Assembly: GCA_041653115.1 (NCBI GenBank)
Contig: JBAZGA010000001.1
Span: 3-64,002 of the forward strand
Length of the DNA stretch: 64,000 nt
Origin: Candidatus Omnitrophota bacterium
GTDB taxonomy: Bacteria > Omnitrophota > Gorgyraeia > Gygaellales > Profunditerraquicolaceae
Direction: 5' to 3'
Shown here one piece after another: positions 1 to 9,646 of the stretch. The position numbers were made by a program, and so were the translations under genes. Each line of letters begins with the position of its first letter. Position 1 is the first letter of the stretch. The notes under the pieces were generated by a model. It did not search any database, was not told where the DNA came from, and was given only the letters and a program-made list of their open reading frames with translations.

Positions 1-414
1 GAAGGAAGAGAAGCAAATCCATTTTTGCAGGGCCAGATATTGTGGACCGGTTATAAAATAAAATTCCTGCCTTATAAAAGAAAAAAAAGAGAAATCGGGG
101 AATCCAAGTGGACATTTTCCAAGAAGGTAACTTACTTAATTGACGGAGTAATGGGGTATTCTTATCTCCCCTTGAGAATGATGTCGTTTATCGGGATGAT
201 AGTTGCTTTTGCGGGATTCTTATACGCGATTGTCGTCTTGATCGCCCGTATTATAGGCAATATTCCGGCTAAGGGCTGGGCGCCTCTAATGATCGTTATC
301 CTCGTTCTTTCCGGAATTCAGATGCTGATGCTGGGGATTATCGGCGAATACCTCTGGAGGACCTTAAACCAGGTCAGGCGCCGGCAAAATTATATTATCG
401 AAAAGATTTATTAG
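1..414 (+). CDS. Family 2 glycosyltransferase, C-terminal fragment (polyprenol-phosphate sugar transferase, GtrB/ArnC/Dpm1-like); 5' end lies outside the window
   Basis: The frame is open from position 1, and the ORF-track start at 25 is an internal TTG. The translation ends with two TM helices after a basic stretch ('...GYSYLPLRMMSFIGMIVAFAGFLYAIVVLIARIIG...LMLGIIGEYLWRTLNQVRRRQ'), which is typical of the C-terminus of GT2 polyprenyl-phosphate glycosyltransferases. Confidence 0.55.
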   Translation, partial: EGREANPFLQGQILWTGYKIKFLPYKRKKREIGESKWTFSKKVTYLIDGVMGYSYLPLRMMSFIGMIVAFAGFLYAIVVLIARIIGNIPAKGWAPLMIVILVLSGIQMLMLGIIGEYLWRTLNQVRRRQNYIIEKIY

Positions 415-429
415 TTTCTGACAACTATA

Positions 430-1851
430 GTGTATAAAAGCTTTTTTAATTATATATATCCGTCATTGATCAGGGCGTGTGCCAGTTTATTTATCACCGT
501 TCCGGTTTCCACCTATTACCTTGGGCCGAAAGATTTCGGCATTGTCGGGATTATCACGGTTTTTTCCGCCCTGATTGTTCCGCTTTCTGCAATCGGTACA
601 GGCTGGGTCATCGGAGCCAATTATTATAAACTTAAACAGCAGGAACAGGGCGAATTAATATTCAATACTTTATTGGTAGAGGTGCTTATCAGGTCGCTGT
701 GGATATTTATATTTGCCGGAGCGGGAATATTTTTATTGCCGGTTCTAATAAAATCTTATGAAAAAAGCTTTCTTCTCTATTTTTGGATTTTTTTACTGGC
801 CGAATGGTTAAACGGCGTATGGGAAATAGTTTCTTACACTATCGTCCTGCAGAAAAAGAGCAGAACCTACGCTTTTTTGGAGATAACCCAGATATTATCC
901 GGGGTTATCTTCCTGATTGTTTGCCTGGTTGTTTTGCATTTAAAAACTATTTCACTGGTTCTGGCAAACTTGGGAAATTCTTTAGCCGGGTTTTTATTTT
1001 CGCTGATTTATATCAGAAAGTATATAGTGAGAAAAATTAGAAAAAAATGGATTAATGAAGCGCTGCGTTTGAGCCTGCCGCTGGTGCCGGTTAATCTGAT
1101 GAATATCGTATCTAATTCCATAGACAGGTTTTTTATCGAGCGATGGCTTGGCCTGTCGCAGCTGGGTATCTATACGCATTCCTTAAGCTATAAAAATATG
1201 TTTATGATGTCCACCCGCGCCTTTTCCAAGACTTCTTCGCCCGAGATGCTGGAGGGGATGTCTTGCAACGATAATTCAAAGCTTGACTACACAAGGGCAT
1301 TTCTTAAGAAATGGTTCGGTTTTCTTACCATCGCGGGAACGGCCGTAGCCCTGTTTTCCAAAGAGGCGGTTGCTTTTCTGACGCACGGAAAATTTACCGC
1401 CGCTGCGCCTTTGGTTTCTTTATGGTTTATGATACTTCTGATTTATTCGTTCGGAATACCTTATAATCAATTCCTCTTTATCCATAAGAAAATTAAATTC
1501 GTTCTTGCCTCGGAGGTGATTTTAGGCTTTGTCTCCTGGCTGTTTATCGCCCTGGCGATAAAATTTTTCGGCCTGAAAGGAGCGGTTGTTTCTGTACTTT
1601 TATACTTTTTATTCTTGTACCTGATACGCAAGGGTTACGCGATGCATTTAGGATGTGTTGATTTTGAAGGTATTTATTTTTGGGCTTCTTTAGCTTTAAT
1701 TTATGTATTAATTATTTTGAACATTTCTTCTCTGGCGTTCTATATAAGAATATTAATTTATTTTTTGTTATCAATTACTGTTTTACTGGTTTTTGGTTTA
1801 TTTAATATAAGAAGCTTCGCAAAAAATATTTGGAAATGTTCAAACTGGTAA
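430..1851 (+). CDS. wzx: Polysaccharide / O-unit flippase (Wzx, MOP superfamily)
   Basis: 473 aa multi-TM protein with a GTG start. It carries the 'LSLPLVPVNLMNIVSNSIDRFFIERWLGLSQLGIYTHSLSYKNMF' region characteristic of polysaccharide biosynthesis / Wzx proteins. Confidence 0.6.
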   Translation: MYKSFFNYIYPSLIRACASLFITVPVSTYYLGPKDFGIVGIITVFSALIVPLSAIGTGWVIGANYYKLKQQEQGELIFNTLLVEVLIRSLWIFIFAGAGIFLLPVLIKSYEKSFLLYFWIFLLAEWLNGVWEIVSYTIVLQKKSRTYAFLEITQILSGVIFLIVCLVVLHLKTISLVLANLGNSLAGFLFSLIYIRKYIVRKIRKKWINEALRLSLPLVPVNLMNIVSNSIDRFFIERWLGLSQLGIYTHSLSYKNMFMMSTRAFSKTSSPEMLEGMSCNDNSKLDYTRAFLKKWFGFLTIAGTAVALFSKEAVAFLTHGKFTAAAPLVSLWFMILLIYSFGIPYNQFLFIHKKIKFVLASEVILGFVSWLFIALAIKFFGLKGAVVSVLLYFLFLYLIRKGYAMHLGCVDFEGIYFWASLALIYVLIILNISSLAFYIRILIYFLLSITVLLVFGLFNIRSFAKNIWKCSNW

Positions 1852-2507
1852 GCGATTTTAGAAATATTACAGATAAAAAATTTATGAATTTCTGTTCTAG
1901 CTATATTAAAAAGCGAGACAGAATTGTAGAAATTGGCCCGGGTGATGGCCTATTCGCAGATGAGATTTTAAGAATAATCACTATATCAGCTTATGAATTT
2001 ATTGATATAAAAGATAAAAGAAGTTATAGGAAAGAATTAAATATGCAGATTTGCGATGTTTCTGCTGAAAAAATACCAAAAGAAAACGAATCCGTAGATA
2101 TTATTATTGCTTCACAGGTTTTGGAGCATTTAAAAAATATGGGTCATTTTTTTGATGAATCATGCAGGGTTTTAAAAAACGAAGGTTTATTATTAATCAA
2201 ATTTCCTAACTACTGTAGTTTATTGCAAAAACTAAAGTTCTTTAAAAATGCTGTACCACATAGACTTGGAGGGACTATTAGTAATGGCGGGCATATTAAT
2301 TTTATTTCCTACAAATGGTTATTATTTTTCCTTAGAGAATATTTTCAACCCATTATGATAAAAGGTGATTTATTCGTCGATTTTTTATTTACGCGAAAGT
2401 TTTTTAATTTACTGAAGAAAGATTTATATTTGATAAATAGTAATATAGAAAGCCTTAATTTTTCGTGGAATATAATGATTGCTTTGAGAAAGAATATTAA
2501 AAAATGA
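1830..2507 (+). CDS. Class I SAM-dependent methyltransferase
   Basis: Motif I 'IVEIGPGDGLFADE' and an acidic post-I region 'VDIIIASQVLEHLKN' (Methyltransf_11-like). Confidence 0.55.
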   Translation: MEMFKLVSDFRNITDKKFMNFCSSYIKKRDRIVEIGPGDGLFADEILRIITISAYEFIDIKDKRSYRKELNMQICDVSAEKIPKENESVDIIIASQVLEHLKNMGHFFDESCRVLKNEGLLLIKFPNYCSLLQKLKFFKNAVPHRLGGTISNGGHINFISYKWLLFFLREYFQPIMIKGDLFVDFLFTRKFFNLLKKDLYLINSNIESLNFSWNIMIALRKNIKK

Positions 2508-3301
2508 AGCCTATTATTGTAGCCGAAGCAGCCACTAATCATAACGGAGATATAGTCCTGGCAAAGGAAATGATTTATGCGGCAAAAGAAGCCGGCGCCG
2601 ATTATATCAAGTTCCAGTCCTGGCAGATCAAAAATATGGACCCGAAAAACCCTGCTTATGAAATGATGAAACCGAAGGAATTATCCGATGAGGCGCATCG
2701 TAAATTGATATCGGAATCTGAAAAAGCAGGAATCAAGTTTCTTACGACTTGTTTTGATATCGCAAGGATTGACTTTTTGGCTTCTTTGGGAATGGAGGCA
2801 ATAAAGGTCGCCAGCACAGATGCGGGAAGTATCCGGATGTTAAAAATGCTCAGAGAAAGGTTTAAAGTGATAATTCTTTCCGTAGGCATGGCTTATCCGC
2901 AGGAGGTGGAGGAAGCGGTAGGGATTTTAAAACAGGGTAAATTTTACCTCTTACATTGCGTTGGCCTTTATCCCACCCCCGCGGAGAGGGCTAATTTAGC
3001 CAGGATAGAATGGCTGCGCCGTTTTACCCCAAACGTCGGTTATAGCGATCATACTCTGGGCGTCGAGGCAGCTCAGGTTGCCGTTGCCATGGGCGCAAAA
3101 ATTATTGAGAAACATTTTACCTTAAGAAAAGACCCGAATAATGTTTTTTCACAAATCAGCGTATTACCCGAAGGGCTTAAAGCCATATGCGATTTTGCAA
3201 AAAAATATGAGGCATTGTATGGAGAAAAAGAGGCCAAATTGTCGGAAGAAGAAATAGCAAACCGGAAAAAATTCATCGGAAGATGGGGAGATAATAAGTA
3301 A
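2504..3301 (+). CDS. NeuB-family nonulosonic acid synthase (N-acetylneuraminate synthase-like TIM barrel) lacking the C-terminal SAF domain
   Basis: 'MKPIIVAEAATNHNGDIVLAKEMIYAAKEAGADYIKFQ' is the NeuB/PseI/SpsE N-terminal signature, and 'YSDHTLG...AVAMGAKIIEKHFTL' is conserved. At 265 aa it is shorter than NeuB, and no SAF (antifreeze-like) domain is present before the stop. Confidence 0.7.
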   Translation: MKPIIVAEAATNHNGDIVLAKEMIYAAKEAGADYIKFQSWQIKNMDPKNPAYEMMKPKELSDEAHRKLISESEKAGIKFLTTCFDIARIDFLASLGMEAIKVASTDAGSIRMLKMLRERFKVIILSVGMAYPQEVEEAVGILKQGKFYLLHCVGLYPTPAERANLARIEWLRRFTPNVGYSDHTLGVEAAQVAVAMGAKIIEKHFTLRKDPNNVFSQISVLPEGLKAICDFAKKYEALYGEKEAKLSEEEIANRKKFIGRWGDNK

Positions 3302-4450
3302 ATGAAAAGAAAAATTTGCGTTGTCGTCACAAGCCGGGCAAGTTATGCCAGAGTAAAGTCAGTATTGCGGGAGGTCGCGAATCACCCTGGTTTAGAGCTG
3401 CAGCTGGTTGTTTCTGCTTCTGCTCTTCTGGACAGGTTTGGTAATGCAATTCAGGTGATAGAAAATGACGGTTTTCATCCAGTCGCCCGTGTTTATATCA
3501 TTATTGAAGGAGAAAACCCTACGACGATGGCTAAATCAACCGGTTTGGCAATTGTAGAATTGGCAACAGTATTTGAAAATATTAAGCCGGATATTGTTCT
3601 TACCGTGGCCGACCGCTTCGAGACAATGGCTACCGCCATAGCCGCCTCTTATATGAATATACCTTTAGCCCATATTCAGGGCGGGGAAAAAAGCGGCTCG
3701 ATAGATGAAAGCGTACGTCATGCGGTAACGAAATTGGCGCATTTGCATTTTGCCGCCACAGAAGAAAGCAGAGAAAGAATTATCAGGATGGGCGAAAATC
3801 CCGCTCACGTATTTCTTACCGGTTGTCCCTCGTTGGATATACTATGCGGAACAGATCTTTCGTTAGAATCCGATATACTCAAGAAATACGGCGGCGTTGG
3901 CCCCTTGCTGGATTTTAGTAAACCATACATTGTAATTATGCAGCATCCCGTCACGACAGAGTATCTCTCGGGCAGGGCGCAGGTTAAGGAAACGCTTCAG
4001 GCCGTTTATGAACTGGATTATCAGACAGCCTGGTTATGGCCAAACGTGGATGCGGGCTCCGATGAGGTCTCTAAGGGGATCAGGGCTTTTCGCGAAAATA
4101 AAAATCCTTCCCAGATACATTTTTTTAAAAACTTTCCGCCCGAATCTTATGCCAGACTGATTAATAATGCTTTGTGTCTGGCGGGTAATTCAAGCAGCGG
4201 GATCAGAGAAGCTTCTTTCCTTGGCGTACCGGTAGTGAATATCGGCACCCGCCAGTATGGCAGGGAAAGGGCAGAGAATGTTATCGATGTGGGATATGAT
4301 GCGAATGAGATAAAAAAGGCTATTAGAAAACAGATTGAACATGGGAAATACCCGCAGAGCAATCTTTACGGAGACGGTAAGGCCGGCAAGAGAATCGTAG
4401 CGTTTCTGGCTGATAGTAAAATTAATATCCAGAAAAAATTAGCTTATTAA
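3302..4450 (+). CDS. neuC: UDP-N-acetylglucosamine 2-epimerase, hydrolysing type (NeuC/LegG-like)
   Basis: 'KICVVVTSRASYARVKSVL', 'ADRFETMATAIAASYMNIPLAHIQGGE' and 'FLTGCPSLD' match the NeuC family epimerase_2 fold. Confidence 0.75.
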   Translation: MKRKICVVVTSRASYARVKSVLREVANHPGLELQLVVSASALLDRFGNAIQVIENDGFHPVARVYIIIEGENPTTMAKSTGLAIVELATVFENIKPDIVLTVADRFETMATAIAASYMNIPLAHIQGGEKSGSIDESVRHAVTKLAHLHFAATEESRERIIRMGENPAHVFLTGCPSLDILCGTDLSLESDILKKYGGVGPLLDFSKPYIVIMQHPVTTEYLSGRAQVKETLQAVYELDYQTAWLWPNVDAGSDEVSKGIRAFRENKNPSQIHFFKNFPPESYARLINNALCLAGNSSSGIREASFLGVPVVNIGTRQYGRERAENVIDVGYDANEIKKAIRKQIEHGKYPQSNLYGDGKAGKRIVAFLADSKINIQKKLAY

Positions 4451-4455
4451 ATCTA

Positions 4456-5169
4456 ATGAAAGAGAGAATTTTAGGCATAATTCCTGCGCGCGGCGGCTCA
4501 AAAGGCATTCCGCGCAAGAATATACTCCCTATTTTAGGCAAGCCGCTTATTTGCTATACGATAGAGTCAGCGTTAAAAAGCGGTGTTTTCTTCCGCCTTA
4601 TCTGTTCTACGGACGATAAAGAGATTGCCCGTATCGCAAAAAAGCACGGGGCAGAAGTCCCTTTTTTAAGGCCAAAGAGTTTAGCCAGAGATGATGCTTC
4701 TATGGTTCCTGTTTTGCAGCACGCAGTTAATTTTATAGAAAAACAGGAAGGCAGGAGAGTGGATTTTGTATTCTGCCTGCAACCAACTAATCCTCTGAGG
4801 GCGCCGGAAGACATTATAAGCGGCGTAAGGAAGATAAAAAGGACTGGCGCTGATTCAGTTATTGGCGTGGTAAAGGTAGACAGCGATCATCCGATATTGA
4901 TGAAGAAAATTGTTAATAGCCGTCTTATGCCTTATATATTGGAAGAAAAAGAAGGCACGCGCCGGCAGGACTATAAACCATATGCCTATAAGCGAAGCGG
5001 CTCTGTTTATATCGTCAAAAGAGATATTCTCATGGAAAAGGATTCCCTTTGGGGAGATTATACCAGCCCGCTGATTTTACCAAAGAAACGCAGCATAGGC
5101 ATAGATGACAGGACCGACCTTTTATTAACTGAGCTTATTTTAAAACAAGGCGGGAGGAAGAAGAGTTGA
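4456..5169 (+). CDS. neuA: Acylneuraminate cytidylyltransferase (CMP-nonulosonic acid synthetase, NeuA-like)
   Basis: 'ILGIIPARGGSKGIPRKNI' is the CMP-NeuAc/CMP-Kdo synthetase P-loop, and 'LQPTNPLR' matches the CTP_transf_3 family. Confidence 0.75.
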   Translation: MKERILGIIPARGGSKGIPRKNILPILGKPLICYTIESALKSGVFFRLICSTDDKEIARIAKKHGAEVPFLRPKSLARDDASMVPVLQHAVNFIEKQEGRRVDFVFCLQPTNPLRAPEDIISGVRKIKRTGADSVIGVVKVDSDHPILMKKIVNSRLMPYILEEKEGTRRQDYKPYAYKRSGSVYIVKRDILMEKDSLWGDYTSPLILPKKRSIGIDDRTDLLLTELILKQGGRKKS

Positions 5170-6125
5170 CTCGGATTTTAAATGCCGAACCGCTTGGTTA
5201 TTCAGAAGAAGCAAGGAAAATCATTGTTTCTTTGGGAAAGTTGCATGAAAAGGCATTAAGCCGTAGCGAGCTTATAAGAGTCATAAAAAAATATGATATT
5301 TTAATAACAAGATTCGGTTTTAAGATTGACCGAGACGTTTTGGACGCCGCTACAAGCCTTAAATTTATTGTTACCCCCACTACCGGCCTGGACCATATAG
5401 ATATGGAATACGCGCGGAAAAAGGGTATAGAGGTTATCAGTCTGCAAGGGGAAACCGAATTTTTACGCACTGTGGTTGCGACTGCAGAGCATACCTGGGC
5501 GCTCTTGCTGGCGTTGATCAGGCGGGTCCCCTGGGCATTTCAATCGGTATTAAAAGGTGAATGGAAGAGAGATTCTTTCCGCGGGAATGAGCTGGAGGGA
5601 AAACGATTAGGCATTTTGGGTTTGGGGCGCCTGGGAGAAAAGGTAGCTTTTTATGGCATAGCTTTTGGTATGAAAGTCATGGCTTATGATCCTTACCGTC
5701 AGACCTGGCCGGATGGAATAAGAAGGTGCTTTAACCTGCGCGAGCTGTTATCCCGTTCAGATATTTTTTCCATACATCTTCCGCTGAATAATGAAACGAA
5801 GGGATTGATAGGCAGGAAAGAGTTAAAGACGCTTCCTAAGGGCGCAATAGTTATTAATGCCTCCCGGGGACCGGTATTAGATTCTCTGGCGCTTGCAGGG
5901 CTGTTAAGTTCCGGGCATCTTGGCGGTGCCGCATTGGATGTGCTGGAAGGAGAAGGCAAAGATTTTAAACGACAGCGTCAGAATAGGCTGCTTTTAGCCT
6001 ACGCCAGAAAGAATGAAAACCTGCTGATTACGCCGCATCTGGGGGGAGCGACCAAAGAATCTATGGCTAAGACAGAAATTTTTATAGCAAATAAATTAAA
6101 AAAACACTTGGATTCTTTAAGATGA
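5166..6125 (+). CDS. D-isomer-specific 2-hydroxyacid dehydrogenase (PGDH/glycerate dehydrogenase-like), TTG start
   Basis: NAD-binding 'GILGLGRLGEKVAFYGIAFGMKVMAYDPY' and the catalytic region 'INASRGPVLD...ITPHLGGAT'. Confidence 0.7.
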   Translation: MTRILNAEPLGYSEEARKIIVSLGKLHEKALSRSELIRVIKKYDILITRFGFKIDRDVLDAATSLKFIVTPTTGLDHIDMEYARKKGIEVISLQGETEFLRTVVATAEHTWALLLALIRRVPWAFQSVLKGEWKRDSFRGNELEGKRLGILGLGRLGEKVAFYGIAFGMKVMAYDPYRQTWPDGIRRCFNLRELLSRSDIFSIHLPLNNETKGLIGRKELKTLPKGAIVINASRGPVLDSLALAGLLSSGHLGGAALDVLEGEGKDFKRQRQNRLLLAYARKNENLLITPHLGGATKESMAKTEIFIANKLKKHLDSLR

Positions 6126-7816
6126 AATTTAAAACAGCGGTAAAGAAGAGATTGAATTTAATGATTTTTAGGGACCTTTATTTTTTATACGCCTATCATA
6201 AAAATTTAGTCCAGCAGGTCCAAATATTGAGAGATTACCTAAAATTAAAAAATAATTCCAAATTTTTAAGATATAAAGGTGACTGCAGCTTAAACAGAAA
6301 AGTCTTAGTGGTGAGCTTGACTTCAGATTTTCCTTATCAGATCAAACTGGAGGCGATATTAGCCAAGGCCCTGCAACTTGCCGGGTGCAGCGTTCAGGTT
6401 TTAACTTGGAAGCACTCCTTTTGGTCTAAAAAGTATTTCAGATTATTCGGAATTAATAAATTTATGAATTTCGAAGAATATTTCCATGATAACGGAGCGG
6501 ATAAGCCGGAAGAATCTTTAAGCGGCTTTTTATCAAAAAAAATTAATTTTCGGGAAGTAAAGAACTGGAGGTATAAGGGATGCCGTATAGGACAGCAAGT
6601 CTTAAGTGCGCTGGCTAGGAAGGACTATAGCACCCCGGATTTATCAGACAGTAAAAGTCGCGAGTTGTTTGACCGTTATTTAATGCGGCAGATCAGCGCA
6701 GTTGATGCGGCCGAATGGTTACTTGATAAAGAAAAGCCCGATATTTTGCTTTTTTGCGAAGCCAACGGTTTAATCTACGGAGCTGTATTTGATTTCGCGT
6801 TTAAGAGGGGTTTGAATATCGTGCAATTTGCCCGGGCCTTAAGAGAGGATTCCCTTATATTTAAGAAGTTTAATCCCGAATCATTCGGGTTACATCCTAA
6901 TTCCATATCAAAAAGCACGTTTGAAGAGATAAAAAAAATACCCTGGTCGGAAAAGTATGAGCGTATCCTCTGGGAAGAATTTTCCCTGCGTTATGGAAAA
7001 AAGGAGCACGCCAGCCATAGAGATAAAGGAGGAGAAGTCAATAATGAAGCGGAGCGGATAATAAAACAGTTAGGCCTGGATAAAAATAAAAAAACCGCGG
7101 TTATCTTTCCGCATGTGCTTTGGGATGCCAACCTGTATTACGGCGAGGATATCTTTACGGATTATGAGGAATGGTTTATAGAGACGGTAAAGGCGGCCTG
7201 TAATAATCCAAAAGTAAACTGGATAATTAAGCTTCACCCCGCGAATATATGGAAGAGAAGACGCGAAAAAATAAAAAGCGAACTGAGAGAAGTTACACTC
7301 ATCAAAGAGAAGGTCGGAAATTTGCCTCCTCATGTTTACCTTCTTTACCCCGAAGCAAAGATAAGCACATTTTCTTTATTTAAAATTGCCGATTATGGGA
7401 TTACAGTAAGGGGGACCGTGGGAATGGAGATGCCCTGTTTCGGCGATGTTGTTTTTACTGCGGGAACAGGAAGATATTCCGGCCTGGGTTTTACCAACGA
7501 TTCTGCTTCTAAAGAGGATTATTTAGATAAACTCTCAAGAATCCAGGATTTTTTGCCTTTAACCGAAGAGCAGGTCCTTTTAGCCAAGAAGCACGCTTAT
7601 GCGGTATTTGTTTTACGCCCATGGCGCAAACGCAGTTTTGAAGCAAATTTGGACTATAACCTTAAAGGCATCCATCCATTAGACCATAAATTTAATATTC
7701 TTGTTAATTCATCGAATGAATTATCGGCGGCAGAAGACCTGAATAAATTTTCCAATTGGGTATTGAACTCAAACAGCCCGGATTATTTAGAGCGGATCAA
7801 AGATGAAAATCCTTAA
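6122..7816 (+). CDS. Hypothetical large protein, putative GT-B-like glycosyltransferase (Capsule_synth/KpsS/TagF-like C-terminus)
   Basis: 564 aa with no strong family match by eye. C-terminal 'IADYGITVRGTVGMEMPCFGDVVF' resembles the donor-binding stretch of KpsC/KpsS/TagF-type GT-B enzymes. It shares this motif pattern with the ORFs at 35198 and 44476. Confidence 0.3.
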   Translation: MKFKTAVKKRLNLMIFRDLYFLYAYHKNLVQQVQILRDYLKLKNNSKFLRYKGDCSLNRKVLVVSLTSDFPYQIKLEAILAKALQLAGCSVQVLTWKHSFWSKKYFRLFGINKFMNFEEYFHDNGADKPEESLSGFLSKKINFREVKNWRYKGCRIGQQVLSALARKDYSTPDLSDSKSRELFDRYLMRQISAVDAAEWLLDKEKPDILLFCEANGLIYGAVFDFAFKRGLNIVQFARALREDSLIFKKFNPESFGLHPNSISKSTFEEIKKIPWSEKYERILWEEFSLRYGKKEHASHRDKGGEVNNEAERIIKQLGLDKNKKTAVIFPHVLWDANLYYGEDIFTDYEEWFIETVKAACNNPKVNWIIKLHPANIWKRRREKIKSELREVTLIKEKVGNLPPHVYLLYPEAKISTFSLFKIADYGITVRGTVGMEMPCFGDVVFTAGTGRYSGLGFTNDSASKEDYLDKLSRIQDFLPLTEEQVLLAKKHAYAVFVLRPWRKRSFEANLDYNLKGIHPLDHKFNILVNSSNELSAAEDLNKFSNWVLNSNSPDYLERIKDENP

Positions 7817-8600
7817 TCCAAAAGCATCCTTTGACGGCAGGTACTTATTAAATATCGGGTGTGGCGGCCGTTTTCACATCGAATGGAACAATATTGACTT
7901 CAAACCCGCTCATCCGCATATAATTAAACTAGATATCAAGAAAGGCTTACCCTACGAGACAAAATCCTTTGACGCTGTTTATTCATCACACCTGATGGAG
8001 CATTTAAACGCGGAGGCAGCGAGAAATTTATTATCCGAATCTTCCCGCGTATTGAAACCCAACGGCATATTGAGGTTGGTTATGCCTGACTTGGAATATA
8101 ATGCGAAATTATATCTGGAATCTTTGAACAGAGTAAAGTTAGATAAATCGCCGTTGAATAGAGAACATTACGAATGGGCTGTTTTGAATCTCATAGATCA
8201 GTTTGTGCGCGAAAAAAGCGGCGGCGCAATGAAGAAATTTCTATTACGTCAAGATTTGCAGGATGATGATTTTATTGTATCAACAACCGGCGGCGGAGAA
8301 GTGCAAATAGTTCGTGATACGGGTAAAATTCCCGGTCAACAAAATTCCTTACTCAGGATATGCAGGGGGTTGAAAAATCGCTTTATTTCGAGGAATTTTC
8401 AAAAATCCGGGGAAAAACATAACTGGGCCTACGACAGTTATTCCGCAGGTAAATTATTGCAGGATAGCGGTTTCTCGGATGTGCAAATATTAGATCCTTA
8501 CTCCAGTTCTATACCAAAATTTAATTCTTTTAATCTTGATGTCGATATAAATGGAATAGTCTATAAACCGAATTCTTTATTCGTGGAGTGCAGGAAATGA
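7803..8600 (+). CDS. Class I SAM-dependent methyltransferase
   Basis: 'LLNIGCGGRFHIEWNNIDF' (motif I) and 'VLKPNGILRLVMPD' (motif III). Confidence 0.55.
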   Translation: MKILNPKASFDGRYLLNIGCGGRFHIEWNNIDFKPAHPHIIKLDIKKGLPYETKSFDAVYSSHLMEHLNAEAARNLLSESSRVLKPNGILRLVMPDLEYNAKLYLESLNRVKLDKSPLNREHYEWAVLNLIDQFVREKSGGAMKKFLLRQDLQDDDFIVSTTGGGEVQIVRDTGKIPGQQNSLLRICRGLKNRFISRNFQKSGEKHNWAYDSYSAGKLLQDSGFSDVQILDPYSSSIPKFNSFNLDVDINGIVYKPNSLFVECRK

Positions 8601-9631
8601 AGAAAAGGATGAGAATAAAATACGCCGTTTTTACTGTTTTATTTATTATGATACTTACTGCCCTCTCGCTGGGGTTGATAATTGCGGCGGATATGTACTA
8701 TCATAATAAATTCCTGCAGCACCACGGTCTTAATTATAGAGGATATCGGGGCAGGGTTGTGGGAAGCAAGCGGGGCAATGAAATAAGGATTATTATGCTG
8801 GGCGGGAGCAGCGCCTTTGGTTACGGGGTCCATTATAATGAGGCGCTGCCCTATAGATTGGAAGAGGAGTTACAGAACTATTGCAATTCCAACGGGATAA
8901 ACAAGAAGGTCACGGTTATAAATTTAGGCTATAACAACGAAGGCGCTTACGCGTTTTATTTTAATCTCAAGGATTTTCTTTATCTAAAATACGACTATGT
9001 TATTTTTTATGACGGATATAATGATTTGGGAATAGGCAATGTTACGGTGTACAGGCATTCCAACCCCGTCTTTAGGGCCTTTAAATATATGCCGATCCTT
9101 CCGCTTATAATAGAAGAAAAGAAGATGGTCTTGCAGAGTGGCGGAAGATTGGAGGACATGTATCTGGGTAAAAAGATAGTCTTTACTCCCAGCCCCAAAG
9201 AAAAAATACAGATAAATATTTTGAACAGCGCTTTAAAAGTATACAATACTTTTGATAATTTTGCGAATAGGGTAAGCAGGGTATCCGATAAGGAATTTGA
9301 TATGGGGCAGATAAAAAAAGATAAATGGGCATGGTATAAGTATTATATGAAGAAAGCCATAGATTTTGCCTTAGGGTGCGATAAGAAGGCTGTTGTAATT
9401 ACTCAGCCATACATATCGGATGAGCACAGAGAGCAGCAGGGCTCGTTAAAGAAGACGATATTCAATACCTATAAAGACAATAAAAATTTCCTCTACCTTA
9501 ATTTAGGGGAAGCAATATCCCTGAAGGAAGGATTATTGACTTTCGACGGTATGCATTTAAATGCCGACGGTTGTAAAAAGATGGCTGCGATTATCGCGCA
9601 AAAAATCGAAGGATACGTAATAGGAAAATAA
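8588..9631 (+). CDS. SGNH/GDSL-type hydrolase (putative sugar O-acetyl esterase/acyltransferase), N-terminal TM anchor
   Basis: An N-terminal TM helix, block I 'IIMLGGSSAFGYGV' (GDS-like) and block V 'FDGMHLNADGCKKMAAII' (DxxH). Confidence 0.45.
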   Translation: MQEMKKRMRIKYAVFTVLFIMILTALSLGLIIAADMYYHNKFLQHHGLNYRGYRGRVVGSKRGNEIRIIMLGGSSAFGYGVHYNEALPYRLEEELQNYCNSNGINKKVTVINLGYNNEGAYAFYFNLKDFLYLKYDYVIFYDGYNDLGIGNVTVYRHSNPVFRAFKYMPILPLIIEEKKMVLQSGGRLEDMYLGKKIVFTPSPKEKIQINILNSALKVYNTFDNFANRVSRVSDKEFDMGQIKKDKWAWYKYYMKKAIDFALGCDKKAVVITQPYISDEHREQQGSLKKTIFNTYKDNKNFLYLNLGEAISLKEGLLTFDGMHLNADGCKKMAAIIAQKIEGYVIGK

Positions 9632-9646
9632 AGAAGGCGGGAGTTA

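Noticed and set aside
5166-5170. Possibility that the TTG-start dehydrogenase gene is a C-terminal extension or pseudogene fragment of neuA
   Set aside because: neuA ends with an in-frame TGA at 5167-5169. The dehydrogenase has a complete N-terminal substrate-binding domain and an NAD-binding domain in a different frame, so it is an independent gene with an overlapping TTG start.
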